A stretch of 60,231 nt of DNA, the filler included, from Sphacelaria rigidula (lineage: Eukaryota), in NCBI GenBank assembly GCA_964200075.2. It is 4 parts of 4 records of this genome, joined end to end, with 100 filler letters (N's around TTAATTAATTAA, not from the genome) between each part and the next. Parts side by side here need not be neighbours in the genome. Positions count along the whole stretch, not along the records: positions 1 to 14,985 come from CAXNAA020001964.1; 3 more parts are not named here. One strand, 5' to 3'. Of this stretch, positions 1-12,355 are shown piece by piece. Each line of letters opens with the position of its first letter. Positions within the stretch are counted from its first letter, which is position 1. The translations under genes and the position numbers were made by a program. The notes beneath the pieces are model-generated. The model was not told the DNA's origin and searched no databases. It worked only from the letters and a program-made list of their open reading frames with translations.

Positions 1-240
1 AAGTGTTTTCGATCAGTCATCACGCGTACATGAACCATGACCCGTATGTGCTTTCCAACTCTCGATTGCATTACACAATCCAGTCGAGGAAAGATGTCCA
101 GCTCGTTACTCGTGCATGACCTTGAGTACACAACTTCATACCCCCCGTGACTTGAAGGATGACCCAAACATCCACGACTTATCCTCGGACGTTCATCGGG
201 AATCAACTCGTATAAATCTTGATTTGTCCTAACCGTGAAA
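1..240 (-). repeat. Putative 3' LTR (truncated by contig start), preceded by polypurine tract 241-258
   Basis: Minus strand reads GGGAGTGGGTCGGGAGTA|TTTCACGG: a purine-rich tract followed by a TGTCAC-like start with one mismatch. No visible similarity to the LTR at 12356-12853. Confidence 0.45.
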
Positions 241-400
241 TACTCCCGACCCACTCCCACACCTCAGAGTAAAGAAAGCAGAAACTAAACTGCTTCAAAA
301 AGCGGAAGCACAAAACTGCTGCCGCGTGCTAGAAACCAACGAAGAAGCACAAAATGCTTCGGCGTCCTAGCAAAACGAGGAAACAATCAGGGGAGGTACA

Positions 401-547
401 ACAGGGAGTAAGCTGCGCCAGCTTCGACCTGGGGGATTCCAAAAGGAAAACAGGGAGCAAGCTACGCCAGCTTCGACCTGGGGGATTCCAAAGGGAAAAC
501 AGGGAGCAAGCTGCGCCAGCTTCGACCTGGGGGATTCCAAAGGAAAT
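401..547. repeat. 3 x 49-bp tandem repeat in gypsy 3' UTR
   Basis: ACAGGGAGYAAGCTRCGCCAGCTTCGACCTGGGGGATTCCAAA..GAAA starting at 401, 450 and 499. Confidence 0.95.
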
Positions 548-815
548 AACGGCCACGGCAGTAACAGGCGACCAACGTAAGTTGGTCGGAAGCAAGAAAA
601 GCAAATCTGAACAGTCGGCGATCCAGCAAGATCCGGCCCCGTCGAAAAAGAGGGGATAGCAGAGCTCCAGTAGTCGTAGGTGGCGAGCGGTTCCTGTCCG
701 CTCATGGTCCGGGGGAAGTTGGTCCTGTTGCGGATGTTGTAGAATAGGGTCCTAGTGGGAAAAGGGAGGGCAAAAGACTATAGAAAATAAGAAAAATGAC
801 GGTGGAGGGCGTGGT

Positions 816-2150
816 TCAAAGCGGTGCGTGCACGTCGTGGGTGTGTCCGATGTTGCGCTGGAGACCGTGGCGAAGTCCTTTGGAATTGAGGCGCTGAAGA
901 TACCAAGATCCGCGTGGTGCAGATGGGCTGATGGTGTATAGCGCAGGCCGGAGCTTAAGCTGTATGGGTCCCGGGTCATCGATGAAGCGCACGATGTATG
1001 TGTTAGCAGAGACTAGATCAGCGGAGTGGGTCTGGCCCAACCACCAGAGGTTGTCGCCGCCTTTGATCCACGACCTCCAAACCACATAGAGGAGTTCGTC
1101 GCCATCGGGTTTATCATCCGGTGAGGATGGCGAGGGACCGACTGTCAGAATCTTGAAAGATCCTGTCCAATTGAGGCACAATTTTGCCTTCAAAATTGTT
1201 CCGTCGGCTGCCTTGCTGGTACCCTGGCGGATGGTCGATAGACTGTTGTAGACTCAAACCCAATCACCAACTTTCCAGTTGGGGCGTTTGTGTATTAGGT
1301 TGTAGAGAGCAGTGTTAGATCGCTCGAGGCGCGAGGCATTGATAGCGTGTTGTTCGCGCACGAGGGTAAACGCTTTTGGTTGTCGTGAATGCGTTAGCTT
1401 ATGATAAAATATCTGGTCCTGACCCAAGCCTTGGTGGCCATCGGGCGTGTGCCTTTCAAACACGGTGATGGGTAGCCGGGGGTAACGTCCAAGATGGAGT
1501 TCGTTCGGGGAAAGGTCTGTGGCGGCATTAACCGAGTTATTGTAGGACAACATCATGTGCGAGAAATGTAGGTCCCAGTCATTTTGGCGGTCGTTAACGA
1601 CCAAAGAGAGCATTTGGGCCATGGTGTGATTACCTCGTTCGGTACCACCGTTGCAGTTAGGGTGGTAGGCGCTCGTGGCAATTTTACGGATTCCCAGGAC
1701 CTTGTAAAGCTCCGCAGAAAGATCTGAGCAAAATTGCTGACCATTGTCTGAAAGAAGTCGTTTCGGGCAACCGTAGTGCTTGATGTAGTCGTGGACCAAT
1801 ATGTCGGCCGCTCCTGCGGCGGTGAAATCTGCGGCGGTTACCACGTACATGGACGCGTGATAGCTGAAGCGGTCAGTGAAGAGTTAAGATGTAGTTGTTG
1901 CCGCGACCTGTGGGCGGTAGAGGGCTGAAGTAATCAAAGGACACAAGGTGGCCAGGCGCATTAGGGAGTCCCATAGAGATGACTGGCCAGCGGACTGTCT
2001 GCCGTGAAGTCTTTCGAGCTTGGCATTTGAAGCATAGCCAAATCCAAAAGCGGGTGGAAATTTCCATGCCAACCCACCAGTAAAAGCGTTCCAAGAGCGC
2101 TAGGGTGCGAGTGACGCCAAGATGACATGACAAGTCTGTGTGACAGCCTT
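816..2150 (-). pseudogene. Gypsy integrase (HHCC zinc finger, rve DDE core, C-terminal region), interrupted
   Basis: HTDLSCHLGVTRT...CFKC; LLSDNGQQF; SAYHPNCNGGTERGNHT; LNWTGSFKI (GPY/F-like). Split over ORFs 1873-3183, 1254-1850 and 816-1193. Confidence 0.93.
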
Positions 2151-3099
2151 TCATGACCCAGTGGCGCATTAATAACGGAACACATATGCGCGTGGGTTCG
2201 TCATCGAGTAGTCGTGCGTGGCGTCCCATGGTGGAGGTAGTGATTGCGCCTGTTGAAGGCGTGGGTCGACGCACTAGTAATTGCACACCTTCGTCCGTGG
2301 TAAAAATCGCGCCTTTAGGCACGAGTTCATATACCCCGGAGATATCTGGTGGTGGCAGTGTGCCAACAGGAGCCAAACGTTCGGGCGGGAAAGGGACTGG
2401 GCAGTCGAGCTGTAAGTAACGGGTGGCTGCGCGACATAGCGGTTCTGCGTTTTGTTCGCGAGCCCAGTCACGGTGAGAGTAGCTGGCGAGAAACTCGCGC
2501 AGTTGGCCTTCCGCTGGAGAGCCGACCAAACATGGTGGGGTAGGTAGCGGGGGAACAGGTGACGGGCCAGAAGTGCCGACGTCAATCTCCGCCTCGGGAG
2601 CAGGGGTTGTCAGTGTCGCCGTTATAAGCGGCGGAGTTGAAATTGTGCGCGGCGAAGAAGGTCCGCGGCGCGTGTTGTTCGTTGCAGTATTGTTTGCGGA
2701 GCGTTGCGTGTCAGCCCGTGGGGCCGGTGCTGCGTGGCTCGTAGAATTTGCAGGTGTTATCGGTGGCGGCGGGGCACTTGGGGGGTTGGTGCGGGCGGCA
2801 GACCGAGAGCGCGTGTTGTCTGAAATCAGGTGGATATCCGAGGGTGTCTCCGTAAGAAGCTTGGCGCGAGTACCAAAGGTCCGAGAATCGACAAAATCGG
2901 AGGTTGTGGGTTTTGACCCACCCAAGACGGCGTCGTAGGGCAGAGGGCGAGGTCCGCCCATGTGCATACCAGTTTCTGGACATTGAAGGTCAAGGGCGTA
3001 GACTGGCGTCGAAAAGCGTCGAATAGGGTATATCCCACGTTCGTCGGGTTCCGTTAGACGGCAAGCCGGGCTGGAATTTGCGGCTGTAGGCGGCAGGGG

Positions 3100-4500
3100 T
3101 AAACGGGAAAGAAGATCAGCGTTCCCGTTGGTTTTGCCTGGATGGTGCTCTATGGTATACTGCTGCGCTGTCAGGAACCCCAACCATTGTTACACACGCA
3201 GGTTGTGTTCGCCCACCTTGGCGAGTTGCTCAGTGCCCCATGATCCGTTTAGATTTCAAAGGGCACGTGAGACAGGTATTGTCGAAGGCGCTTTATGGCC
3301 CAGGTGATAACTCCGCCTTCCAGTTCTAACGGGCTCCAGTTGGCCTCATTGGGCAAGGTGGCGCGACTGATGTAGAGGAGAGGTCGAACAGAGCCATCAG
3401 CCTGAGGTTGATTCAGAACTCCTCTGAATCCGTCTGTGCTAGCGTCAGTGTGGAATAAAAAAAAGGAAAGAGAGCTGTCTTGCACTGCCTCCCAATCAGG
3501 GAAACAGAGGACCGGTTTTTCGGTAAGCATTTTCAGCAATTCGCGGGTGATATTTTTCATCTCGGTGGTGAAGGAAAACACGGCTTCTTTCTTGAGTAGC
3601 TCGATGAGGGGGCGTATCCGTTTAGATAAATTCGGCCAAAATTTGCGGTAGTAAGATAGCCCGCCCAACAATGAGCGAAGTTGAGAGATGTTAGTTGGCA
3701 TCGGTAAGTCAGTCATAGTCCTGACTTTGTTCGTATCCGGATGTAAGCCTACGGGCGAGATGGAGTGCCCCCAAAAATCCAAGTCAGTCGCACCAAGGCA
3801 AGCTTTAGATGGGGACAGTTTCAAATCGTGAGTTCGCAGTAGAGAGAGAAATTCTCGTAGAGTGCGGCCATGTGCAATAGGTGAGGCATCAAAAGCAATA
3901 GCGTCATCTAGGTACATGATGATGTGCTCGAGGCCCTCCGTAACGCGTTGCATTAAGCGTTGAGAGCATCCTGGAGCGGTGGCAGCGCCTTGTGGCATTT
4001 GAAGCCATTCATAAAGCCCGGACGAGGTTCAAAAAGCCGTAAGTGGGACTGTGTCAGGGTGAATAGCATTCTGGAAGAATCCAGAAGCGAGGTCGAAGGT
4101 GCTGAATATCTTTCCTTCACCTAAGGAGTCGAAGACTTCATCAATTCAGGGAATTGGAAGCTTACCAATCACAGTGACGCGGTTCAACCGTTGGTAATTC
4201 ACGGTGATACGTATGTTTCCATCCTTTTTAGGAACAACCACAAGTGCCGAGGCCCAAGGAGAGGAGGAATGTTGTATTAGTCCTGCTTCCAAATACGCAT
4301 CCAAGATGGCGTTAACCTTTTTGGTAAGAATTGGGTTCGTTCTGTATGGTCGGGAAGAGATCGGCGTGACGCCGGGTTGGAGGGTAATCTCAAAGGGCAG
4401 CGTTTTGCAGTGCCCAAGGTCCGTCTTGGATCGGGAAAATCGGTCTTGGTACTGTAGCAGGGCATCACTGAGTTCTCGGATGACTGCTGGTTCCTAGCCG
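3100..4500 (-). pseudogene. Gypsy reverse transcriptase - RNase H, interrupted by stops/frameshift
   Basis: SSSPWASALVVVPKKDGNIRITVNYQRLN, FSTFDLASGFFQ, MPQG, YLDD, LGGLSYYRKF, HTDAS, WSPLELE, IEHHPGKTNGNADLLSRLP. Confidence 0.95.
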
Positions 4501-4967
4501 GGCCCATGGAGCTCAAAGTTGATGTCGCGCATGTGTGGCGGCAATTGGTGCCACATTTGCAAGAAACTATTCCGATAATCTGGTGATAAGCGTTGAAGCA
4601 CTTCATCGGGAGGATCGGAATTTGACTGGGCAGGTTCCACGGTGTGCACTTGGGGTGGAGTCGCGGAAGCAAGGTCGAAGTAAGGTTCATCGACACAATG
4701 GACCGACTCCGTCGGAGATGCTGCGTTTGGCGCAGTAGGCTCTGATACGCACGTTTCGAGTGGACTATGCATCAGGGGAGTAGCGGCGATTCCTGAAATA
4801 TCACCGGGTTCCAAGTTAGTATGACCCGTAAGAGGGAGGAGTTGTTGTCCCGTCGAGAAAAAATGTTCTGTGTCGGCTGGGGCGCCGATGCAGGGTAGCA
4901 TTTCGGCGAGATAATGACCCGTGAGTGCTGGCATGCCGTTTCGGCGAACTAGTGCAACTTCTAGAAG

Positions 4968-6011
4968 TCAAGGGTCTTCGGAGAGTGCAATACCAACGCT
5001 ACCATTATATCGTAGGTGGTAAGTAGCTCCGGTTGCTCGAGTATTGTTTTGGTAGGCCAGGGCGCCGTGGAGTGTACCATAGTGTTTAAGGTTCAATTCC
5101 CCACGAGGCTTGGAATGTGGTGATGGTGGAAGCGTGAGGTAGGTTCGTTGATCAAACCGCATGTAGCTATCTCTGCCCAATAATATGGCACGATGCATGG
5201 TGCTATCGGGGACAACGTATGCCCAGACTGCCAGGCTGGCAAAGCGAGTGGTGTTCTGAAAAAGTTGTACACTGAGACGTACGGATATTTGTGTCGTCAG
5301 GGGTGCAGTAGAATCACCGAACCCCCCCCATACTCGAGGTTGGGTGGAGGTTTCACAAGCTGCAGTAGCAGCGCCAGTTTGCTTCATGTGTTCCCATGTT
5401 GATTCTCGAATGAATGTCTGCGGGCTGCCGCTATCCAACAAGGATACGCATTTCGTAGGCGTGGTGGCGTTCGGACCAGAGTGAATCGCGACACGTGTAG
5501 TAAAAGTGGCAGGATCCACAGACACTTTGCCACCGACAAGGTCCGGACCGTGTTCCGGCAGGGGCAATTGGTCTGGATCGGCGTGGCTGACAGCAAAAGC
5601 AGAAGGCGGTTGGTCCGCCGGTGGGTAAGACTTCTCACCAAGGGAGGGGGTGGACGGTTTATCATTTCCAGGTGTGGCACGGTTAGGGTGACCATTAGCG
5701 ATTTCATAAATGATCGTCTTTGGTTGGCAGGGATCACCGTCTAAGGCAGATCCAGATTGTATGTGCCTGGAGTCGTCCGTTGAACAAGAAGAGGGGTCAG
5801 AAATATCTGATTCCGTTTCTTCCGTGATACTTGGTAGGGCCGTTGAGCTCAAAGCCGTCGCATTTTGGAGGGATTGAGGTCGAGGATTTCCGCTCGAAAA
5901 GAGGTGTACGTAGTGATGCGCGCTCGTCCTTGGGGGCATGCTTACGGGGCTTTCTCTTTCGCCGTGACAAAGGGCGGGGAACTTCCAAAGCATTCGGGGG
6001 TAAGACCACAA
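4968..6011 (-). pseudogene. Retropepsin-like aspartic protease region of gypsy pol
   Basis: CVSLLDSGSPQTFI active-site motif and downstream ILLGRD motif. Confidence 0.88.
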
Positions 6012-6230
6012 CTGCGTCCAGTCGGGTGGGTAGGGTCAGCATCTGGGCATAACGGGGCGAAGGTTGTGGGCTGCTTTCCGTAGACGAGCTTGGCGGAGGA
6101 GACATGGCCGAAGGTATTCTGGGGCGGTCGTTATTTGAACCTGCCAAAGATAGTCTTGCGCGGGTTGAAAATCGCGAGGAAGAAGCTCGATCCAACTGAT
6201 TGAGGATTACATGATCCGATGTGGTCAAAT

Positions 6231-9200
6231 TCAAATTAGCAACACTGGGGTCAGCTGAAAAAACTTGTGACTACCTGTGCGTGCGGTCGCTGAGGGACGC
6301 CTTTGCCTCAGAGACTGGCGGTTGGAGTTCCCACACCTCAGGCTTACACTCGGTACTGAAGGACCAAGTTCAGGGCTGGGTGTAGGTATGAGTCGCGGAT
6401 TGACACAACTGTTACGCGGTGTGCGGAGGGGTGAAGACGGGGATCGAAATGAACGGCCGTCAGTTGCGCTCCTGTATAGTGCCGGGGGAGCCGGACGAAC
6501 ACTCTTAGTCGCGGGCTCTGCGGGCTGTGTTACAAAGTGTGTGGAGGTCGAAGACGGGGATCGAATTGAACGGCCGTCAGTTGCGCTTCTGTATAGTGCC
6601 GGGGGAGTCGGGTGAGCAATCTGAGTCACGGACTCCGCGGGCAGTGTTGAAAACGTCTTCGAAAGTGCTGTCGGCGGCGCCGAATACTTTGAAATGCCGG
6701 CGTTGTTGTGTCGTGGGTCTAAGTGATCCGAAGTAAAGGTACCAGGGTTTCTGGTGTTGGGGTTCGAGCTATGTGTCGGTCCCGTCCGCTGGTGTCTATC
6801 AGCGGAGCTATGATTGGCGCGAGGTGTATGATCTCGTTGGTGAGTGCCAGAACCATGGTTAGTGTTTTGTCGGCGCGTGCGATTAGAGCGATTGTTGCCG
6901 CGGGTGTTCGAATGGTTGCGATTATTACCACTCGGAGCACGATAATCGCGCATTCGTTTTTGCCAGCGGCGCCACGCGGGTTCATTGTCCTGTAGTTCAG
7001 GGTTCATGAGGTCGAATTCGTTGATGCATGATTTGGTGCAATCGCGCCTGCTGTGACCTTGTGCTTTGCAATTGATACAGCTGTTGGCGTGGCGACCAAA
7101 AGCGTCTTGTCTAGCCGAATAAGACAGAAGCGGGTTCCACAAATGGGGGCCATCTGTGTCAAAAGCTGTCGTAGAATTTAAATGAACATCGTCCCATGTC
7201 TCGGCAGAGTATGGCCATCCGTCAAAACTCGCGCGGAAAGGGTCTTTGTTTCTTCTAATAAGCATTACTGAACCGGCGACAGAGTCGGGGGTCCATGTAC
7301 TACGAGGTGAACTCGGGTTCTGTCCGCGAGACCCGTAGGTGTTCGAGGAGGAGACAGCGGCAGGCTGTGAACGCGAAGACGAATATTTGTCACTCCGAAT
7401 GACGGGAGTGAGGTTGCTTTCTTGGTGGACGAAAACCGTCCACATTGCATCAACAGAGGCGTAAGGCACCTCGCAATGTGCTAAGGCACCCGGAAACAAC
7501 GGCAGCAATGCCGGAAACTGCTCGGAGACGCTCGTACGGGCATATGACTGACACATAGAATCGGAAGGCCCGCTCATCCCCAAGATGCTGGAAACCAAAA
7601 ACTTAAACTGCCGAAGGTAGTCGGCGAAACTAACGTTGGTGGCTACACCAAACGAGCTTAAACGTTGTATGGAGCTACCCTGTGTGCTTCGATCAAAGTA
7701 ACCGGTCAAGCGCCGCTCCAGATTACCGAGCATAGCTGCCCCTCTTCGCCCCTGGGCACGGTCCGGATCCATCGCTGTGACGAATCCATCGATGACCTGT
7801 GACAATGAAGAGGTGAGGTCAGGTGAACGGCGAGATATGGCGCGGTGTAAGGCTTTGTGAAGCGGGGTCTGCCAACCATCAACCCAATCGGGACTTTCGA
7901 ACCGCTGTACACCCGTGCGATCCGCTAATTGCAGAATGTTGCGTACAGTACGGCGGGTGGATTGAATAAGACTCGACGCAAACTGTCCAGAGTCCTCATT
8001 GTCTGCTGCAGGCATGGTGTTACTATGTCATAGTTTCTTGACATCCATCTGCATGTACTCTCTCTGTATGGCAGCCACGCGAGCAGCTTCAACTTTGGCA
8101 GCTGCTGCAGCCTCACGTGTTGCAGTCTGTGCTTGGCTAACAGCGGCGGCAGCTAAAGCGCGGGTCGAGGTCGAAGACAAAGGTCGATCGTTATCATCCG
8201 TGTCAGATAAACCTAATATCTCGCGGGAAACATCAACTAAACGAGGGGTGTCTTGACTAACGTTGATGGACTCCACAGGAGGGGGGTCCGTTGACGACCC
8301 GTCTCTGTTTCGAGGCCTTCGAGAAGACCTTTCCGACGAGCCCGAGCCCGGGCGCGTCCAAGTCGCGTGCTGAGCAGCACGGTTGGTCCGCCGGTTGTCG
8401 GTGCCTCGACGTCCTCCGCCGCTGGACCCGGAGTCGTCACGGCGGCTGCCTCGTCCGCCACCCTGACGATCATCATGATCGGTGTTGCGCTTAGGCGGGC
8501 GGCAGTTGGCGGTGACCGGAGTCCATCCATCATCGTCATCGTCGTGGTCGTCATTCGCAGAAGCGCCGGACTGAAAGGCGTTCCGGAGAACCTGTAAAAG
8601 GTTATGGGCCGCCTTCTTGTATACGCCGGCGCCGTGGTTGGGGCCCCAGCTGAGCGAATGTGAGGTCATGGGAGTCCTTAACCGGGAGTGGCCCGCCCTG
8701 GTCAAAATATAGACCCAACGCGACCAGAGCGCTGTAGTGGATGGCATCCCAGCCTGTCCGCGAGCTCTGCAGGGGGTTATTGATGGAAACCTTTCCAGAG
8801 AAGTCGCGAACCGTATGCACTAGCCAGGTGGCCTCATGGGGAGCGAGATAAAGGTCGGGGGTGGCTGCAGGGGCGGCATTGGGCAAGCCGGTTTCTTGCT
8901 TGCAGGGTATGCGATGCCCGGCAGGTGCCAAAGATCCCGAGCCTGATGGCGTGGTGGCCACGGTGGTCCGCTGTGCGGGCGCAGAAGGGTATAGAGACGT
9001 AACGCGTGGGCGCGAGGCCTGGTGTGCCGAAAGTAAAGTTGTCGCCGACGTGGCGTGCTCCGCGGTATGGTCCATGTAGGCCGCGAGTTCGGCAGCCTTC
9101 TGCTTGCAGTCGGCCATTACCGATTGATGTTCCGCATGGATCCGAAGGGCGGCGGAGTGGACTGCTGCGGCGGTAGTAGCGCTCCGCTGCAGATTTGCTT

Positions 9201-10933
9201 GTTTAGTGGCGAATTCCTCCCGAAGGGGGCGGATTGCAGTTTCCTCGGCACTAGCTTCGGCCGCGGGAGGAAGAGGCGGCGCCGGGGTGGCCGCCGGCTG
9301 GTTCGGCATGGCCGGTCCCGGGGGAGCAGCTCGGTATAGAGCGATGATCTCGTCTTGACGGGCTCTATCATGCTCGAGAAAGAGGCACTGGAGGTACCCC
9401 GTGGGGCAGAACTCCGCCGGAAGTCGCGGCTGCGGCGGACCGCTGGCCGTGGAGGGCTTCGCGGCCTGACCGCCGCGAGCGGTCGTGAGTGCTGCCGCAG
9501 GCACGGCCGTCTCAGAAGAGAGAGCGGTTGTGGCAGCGGCAGGGGCGGTCGACACCAAAGGGGCAGCCTTCCCGGTGGCTGCGGGTGCCGAAGTGGCGCG
9601 CTTGGCAACTACAGGAGAAGCCGGAGTAAGGGTCGTTGCCGCCGGAGGCGTAACTGATGTCTGTTTGGATGACATGATCTGTAGAAGGCAGTGTTGTTAG
9701 TCCGAGACCTGTTGTTGGAGCGTACGGATAGTGACGGCATCGACAGCGGCGCGGGATGGGACATCGCGGGTAGATCGAGCTCGTGTTTGAAAATGCTGGG
9801 GTGCATGAAAGGAATTGTCACTCCCTTTTTCAATCGAGGAAGCTGGGTCCGATGATAAATTGGAGAGAATATCTCTGACATCTTCCACATGTACGGTGCC
9901 ATTGTGACGTGAGGGTTGTCGATGTTGCAAACGTCGGGTAAACGGAGCGCGACTACTTGTGTGACTGTGGCCGGATGATTGTCTAGAGCCCCGCGAAGAG
10001 CGGTGGCCGTGGCCTGTGCTGCCCCCATGGGAGTGGCTGTCACTTTCATATTCATAACGTCGATTTGAAGTAGAATGTTCTAGGGCACGAGCTCGGCGTC
10101 CGTAGGAAGCGGAGGATAGGCGAGAGTGATTTCCATCTCGGCTTCCTCGCGGAGACTGCGCAGATCGCGTAGGGGTCAAAGCGGCATCAGTGCGGGCTGC
10201 AGCAGTTGCGGTACTGCGAGCGCCGCGGGCGACTTGCGCGTAAGAGGTGCGCGCCTGAGGCTATGGCGTATCGCCGTAGAAAGTTTTGGGCGCTGTGACG
10301 AGTTTTGTACCTGGATCGTCAGAGGAGCCAGGTGGAGAATTGACAGAGTTTTGGAGAGCCGAAATCAGGGCCTCAATCATGGTACCGGGACCACATGGCG
10401 GGGTGTGGCGTGTTGGACTCTCAGATGTCATCAATTGAGGGCCACCAACACGAGCAGCACCCGTAGACCGGTTTCGAGTTCCGGAAGCGGATCGCTTCGT
10501 TTCCAAACTGGACGCTATTACCGAAACCGCCGTCTGTCTCCTGAGCCACGGATCCTAAAACGGCATCCGTGGGAGCATGCCTCAGCAAGGGAGGCGCATC
10601 GGCGCTAGCCGGCATCGAATCGTCACGGGATGGTACATCGTGGAACGGTATCGGAACTTCACGGGATGTTACATCGTGGATTATGGGGGTTGCAGTCGCA
10701 ACCGCTGTAGAGCCTTCACGGGATGTTACGTCGTGAGGCCTGCTCGCACGTATAGACTGCTGGTCGTCAAGTCCCGTAGGTGGCGCAGTGCTCTTCAGTT
10801 GTTGTTGAAGAGCGGATGATGGAGTATCTTCCTTCCCACTGTGGCGGAAACGATTCAAAGTTTTACTGTGTGTACGGTGGGACCGTTTGTCGCCCGACCC
10901 CGGGGAGGAAACGAGGCTGATGGGTTGCAACAT
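6231..10933 (-). pseudogene. Very long gag-like ORF1, broken by stops/frameshifts, with CCHC zinc knuckle
   Basis: CINCKAQGHSRRDC in 6231-8015. ORFs 10261-10506, 9697-10179 and 8602-9675 share one frame. ORFs 8028-8747 and 6231-8015 share one frame, separated by a single stop. HDVTSR/RDVPSR motifs recur across segments. Confidence 0.75.
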
Positions 10934-11109
10934 AATGTGGGAAGGGGGAGATAGAGAAATCGAATCTACGGTCCGACAAGTCTAGAAGAATAATAAGACG
11001 ATTTGGCCCGATTTACGCAAGGTGCGCAATGGCAAGCAGGTAGGAGCAAGGGCACCCTGTTACCTGTACTACGAAGGACCTGAAAATTCTGCGCCCAGGC
11101 AATGTGGAG

Positions 11110-11565
11110 CCGGAAAAGATAGAAAAAATAATATCTGTACTCAGTCGATGCTGTGCTATGGCAGAATGTCGAACAGGTCAAAACGAGGGCAGCCTATTGT
11201 CGGTACTCTGAACGGCCTGTGCCAGTAAAGACAGGACAAATATTTTCTGCACGCAGTCAATGCTGTGCCGCGGCGCGATGTCAAACAGGTAGAGACAATG
11301 GCGGCCTACTATCTGTACTAAAAGACCTGTGGCGGTAAAGACGGAAAACTAATGTCTGTACGCAATCAGCGCTGTGCCACGGCGTAACGTCAAACAGGCA
11401 GAAACGAGGGCAACCTACTGTCGGTACTCTGAAAAGACCTGTGCCGGTAAAGACATAACAAACATTTTCTGCACGCAGTCAATGCTGTGCCGCGGCGCGA
11501 CATCAAACAGGTAGAAACAATGGCGGCCTACAATCTGTACCAAAATACCTGCGGCGGTGAAGACG
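11110..11565. repeat. ~111-bp tandem repeat (4 units, A-B-A-B 222-bp higher order) in gypsy 5' leader
   Basis: Unit starts near 11110, 11222, 11332, 11444 and 11554. Alternate units are more similar to each other than adjacent ones. Confidence 0.9.
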
Positions 11566-12336
11566 ATGCGCCAACGGGGGCAAAGAAGGTCGTTGTATGA
11601 GGAAATATATATAGCTGTAGAGCAATTGGGTTCTAACGATGCCAAAACGGATACGCGACCGTTGTAAAGATGTCCGTGGGCACCGGATGGCTTTCGCACG
11701 GGTGTTTCACGCAAACAACCCGTGAACAAAAGGTGCGGTGGGCTGTGTACAATTTTTGCTGCAAAGCGAATTGTTGCCTGGCGAGAGTCCAGGTCAAATA
11801 CAGCAGCTGGCTATAAGCAGCGATGCACTTGGTGCAGCGTTTCCTGCCACAACCTGTGGTAAAGGGTTTGCCCTGTCTAAAATAGAAAAGGGGCGGGGCG
11901 ACAAAGCTAAAGACGCGCGCCAGTAAAGCCGGGGCGCGTAGCCGTTCTATATGAACAAACAGGGAAGGGTGCCTGTGCAGATATAGGGGAAGCCGGAAAG
12001 TGCAGATGCGTATCAAAATGTGTGCACAAGTCGTGTAAACGACTGTTGCAGCAACCCGCTAGCCGCAAAAAGCTGCAAGGCACAGGTACTATGTACGGTA
12101 CACACGCGGAGAAAAGCTTATGCAGTAGCTAAGAACTGACTATGAAGCAAGCGGAGGCAACTAGCTCCGGGGGCGCTAATAATAGATTTGACTACTACTA
12201 GCGAAAATCCAAAAAAAAGAGGGAACGACGGTACCTGTACATGCAACCAAAGACTGCTACGGGGACGTGATGCGATTCGATAAAAACAGAGACCACTCCG
12301 TTGTAAAAGGGGGAAACAGAACCGCAAGGGAAGAGA

Positions 12337-12354
12337 TTCCTTAGTCGAACGCCA
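12337..12354 (-). promoter_or_regulatory. Primer-binding site of gypsy element
   Basis: Minus strand ...TTTTGACA-T-TGGCGTTCGACTAAGGAA: TGG start one base after the LTR's terminal CA. Cognate tRNA not identified. Confidence 0.75.
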
Positions 12355-12355
12355 A

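Noticed and set aside
401..547. CRISPR-like direct repeats (also 13603-13768 and 59057-59200)
   Set aside because: Units are head-to-tail without unique spacers, there are no cas genes, and the context is eukaryotic transposon UTR or subterminal DNA.
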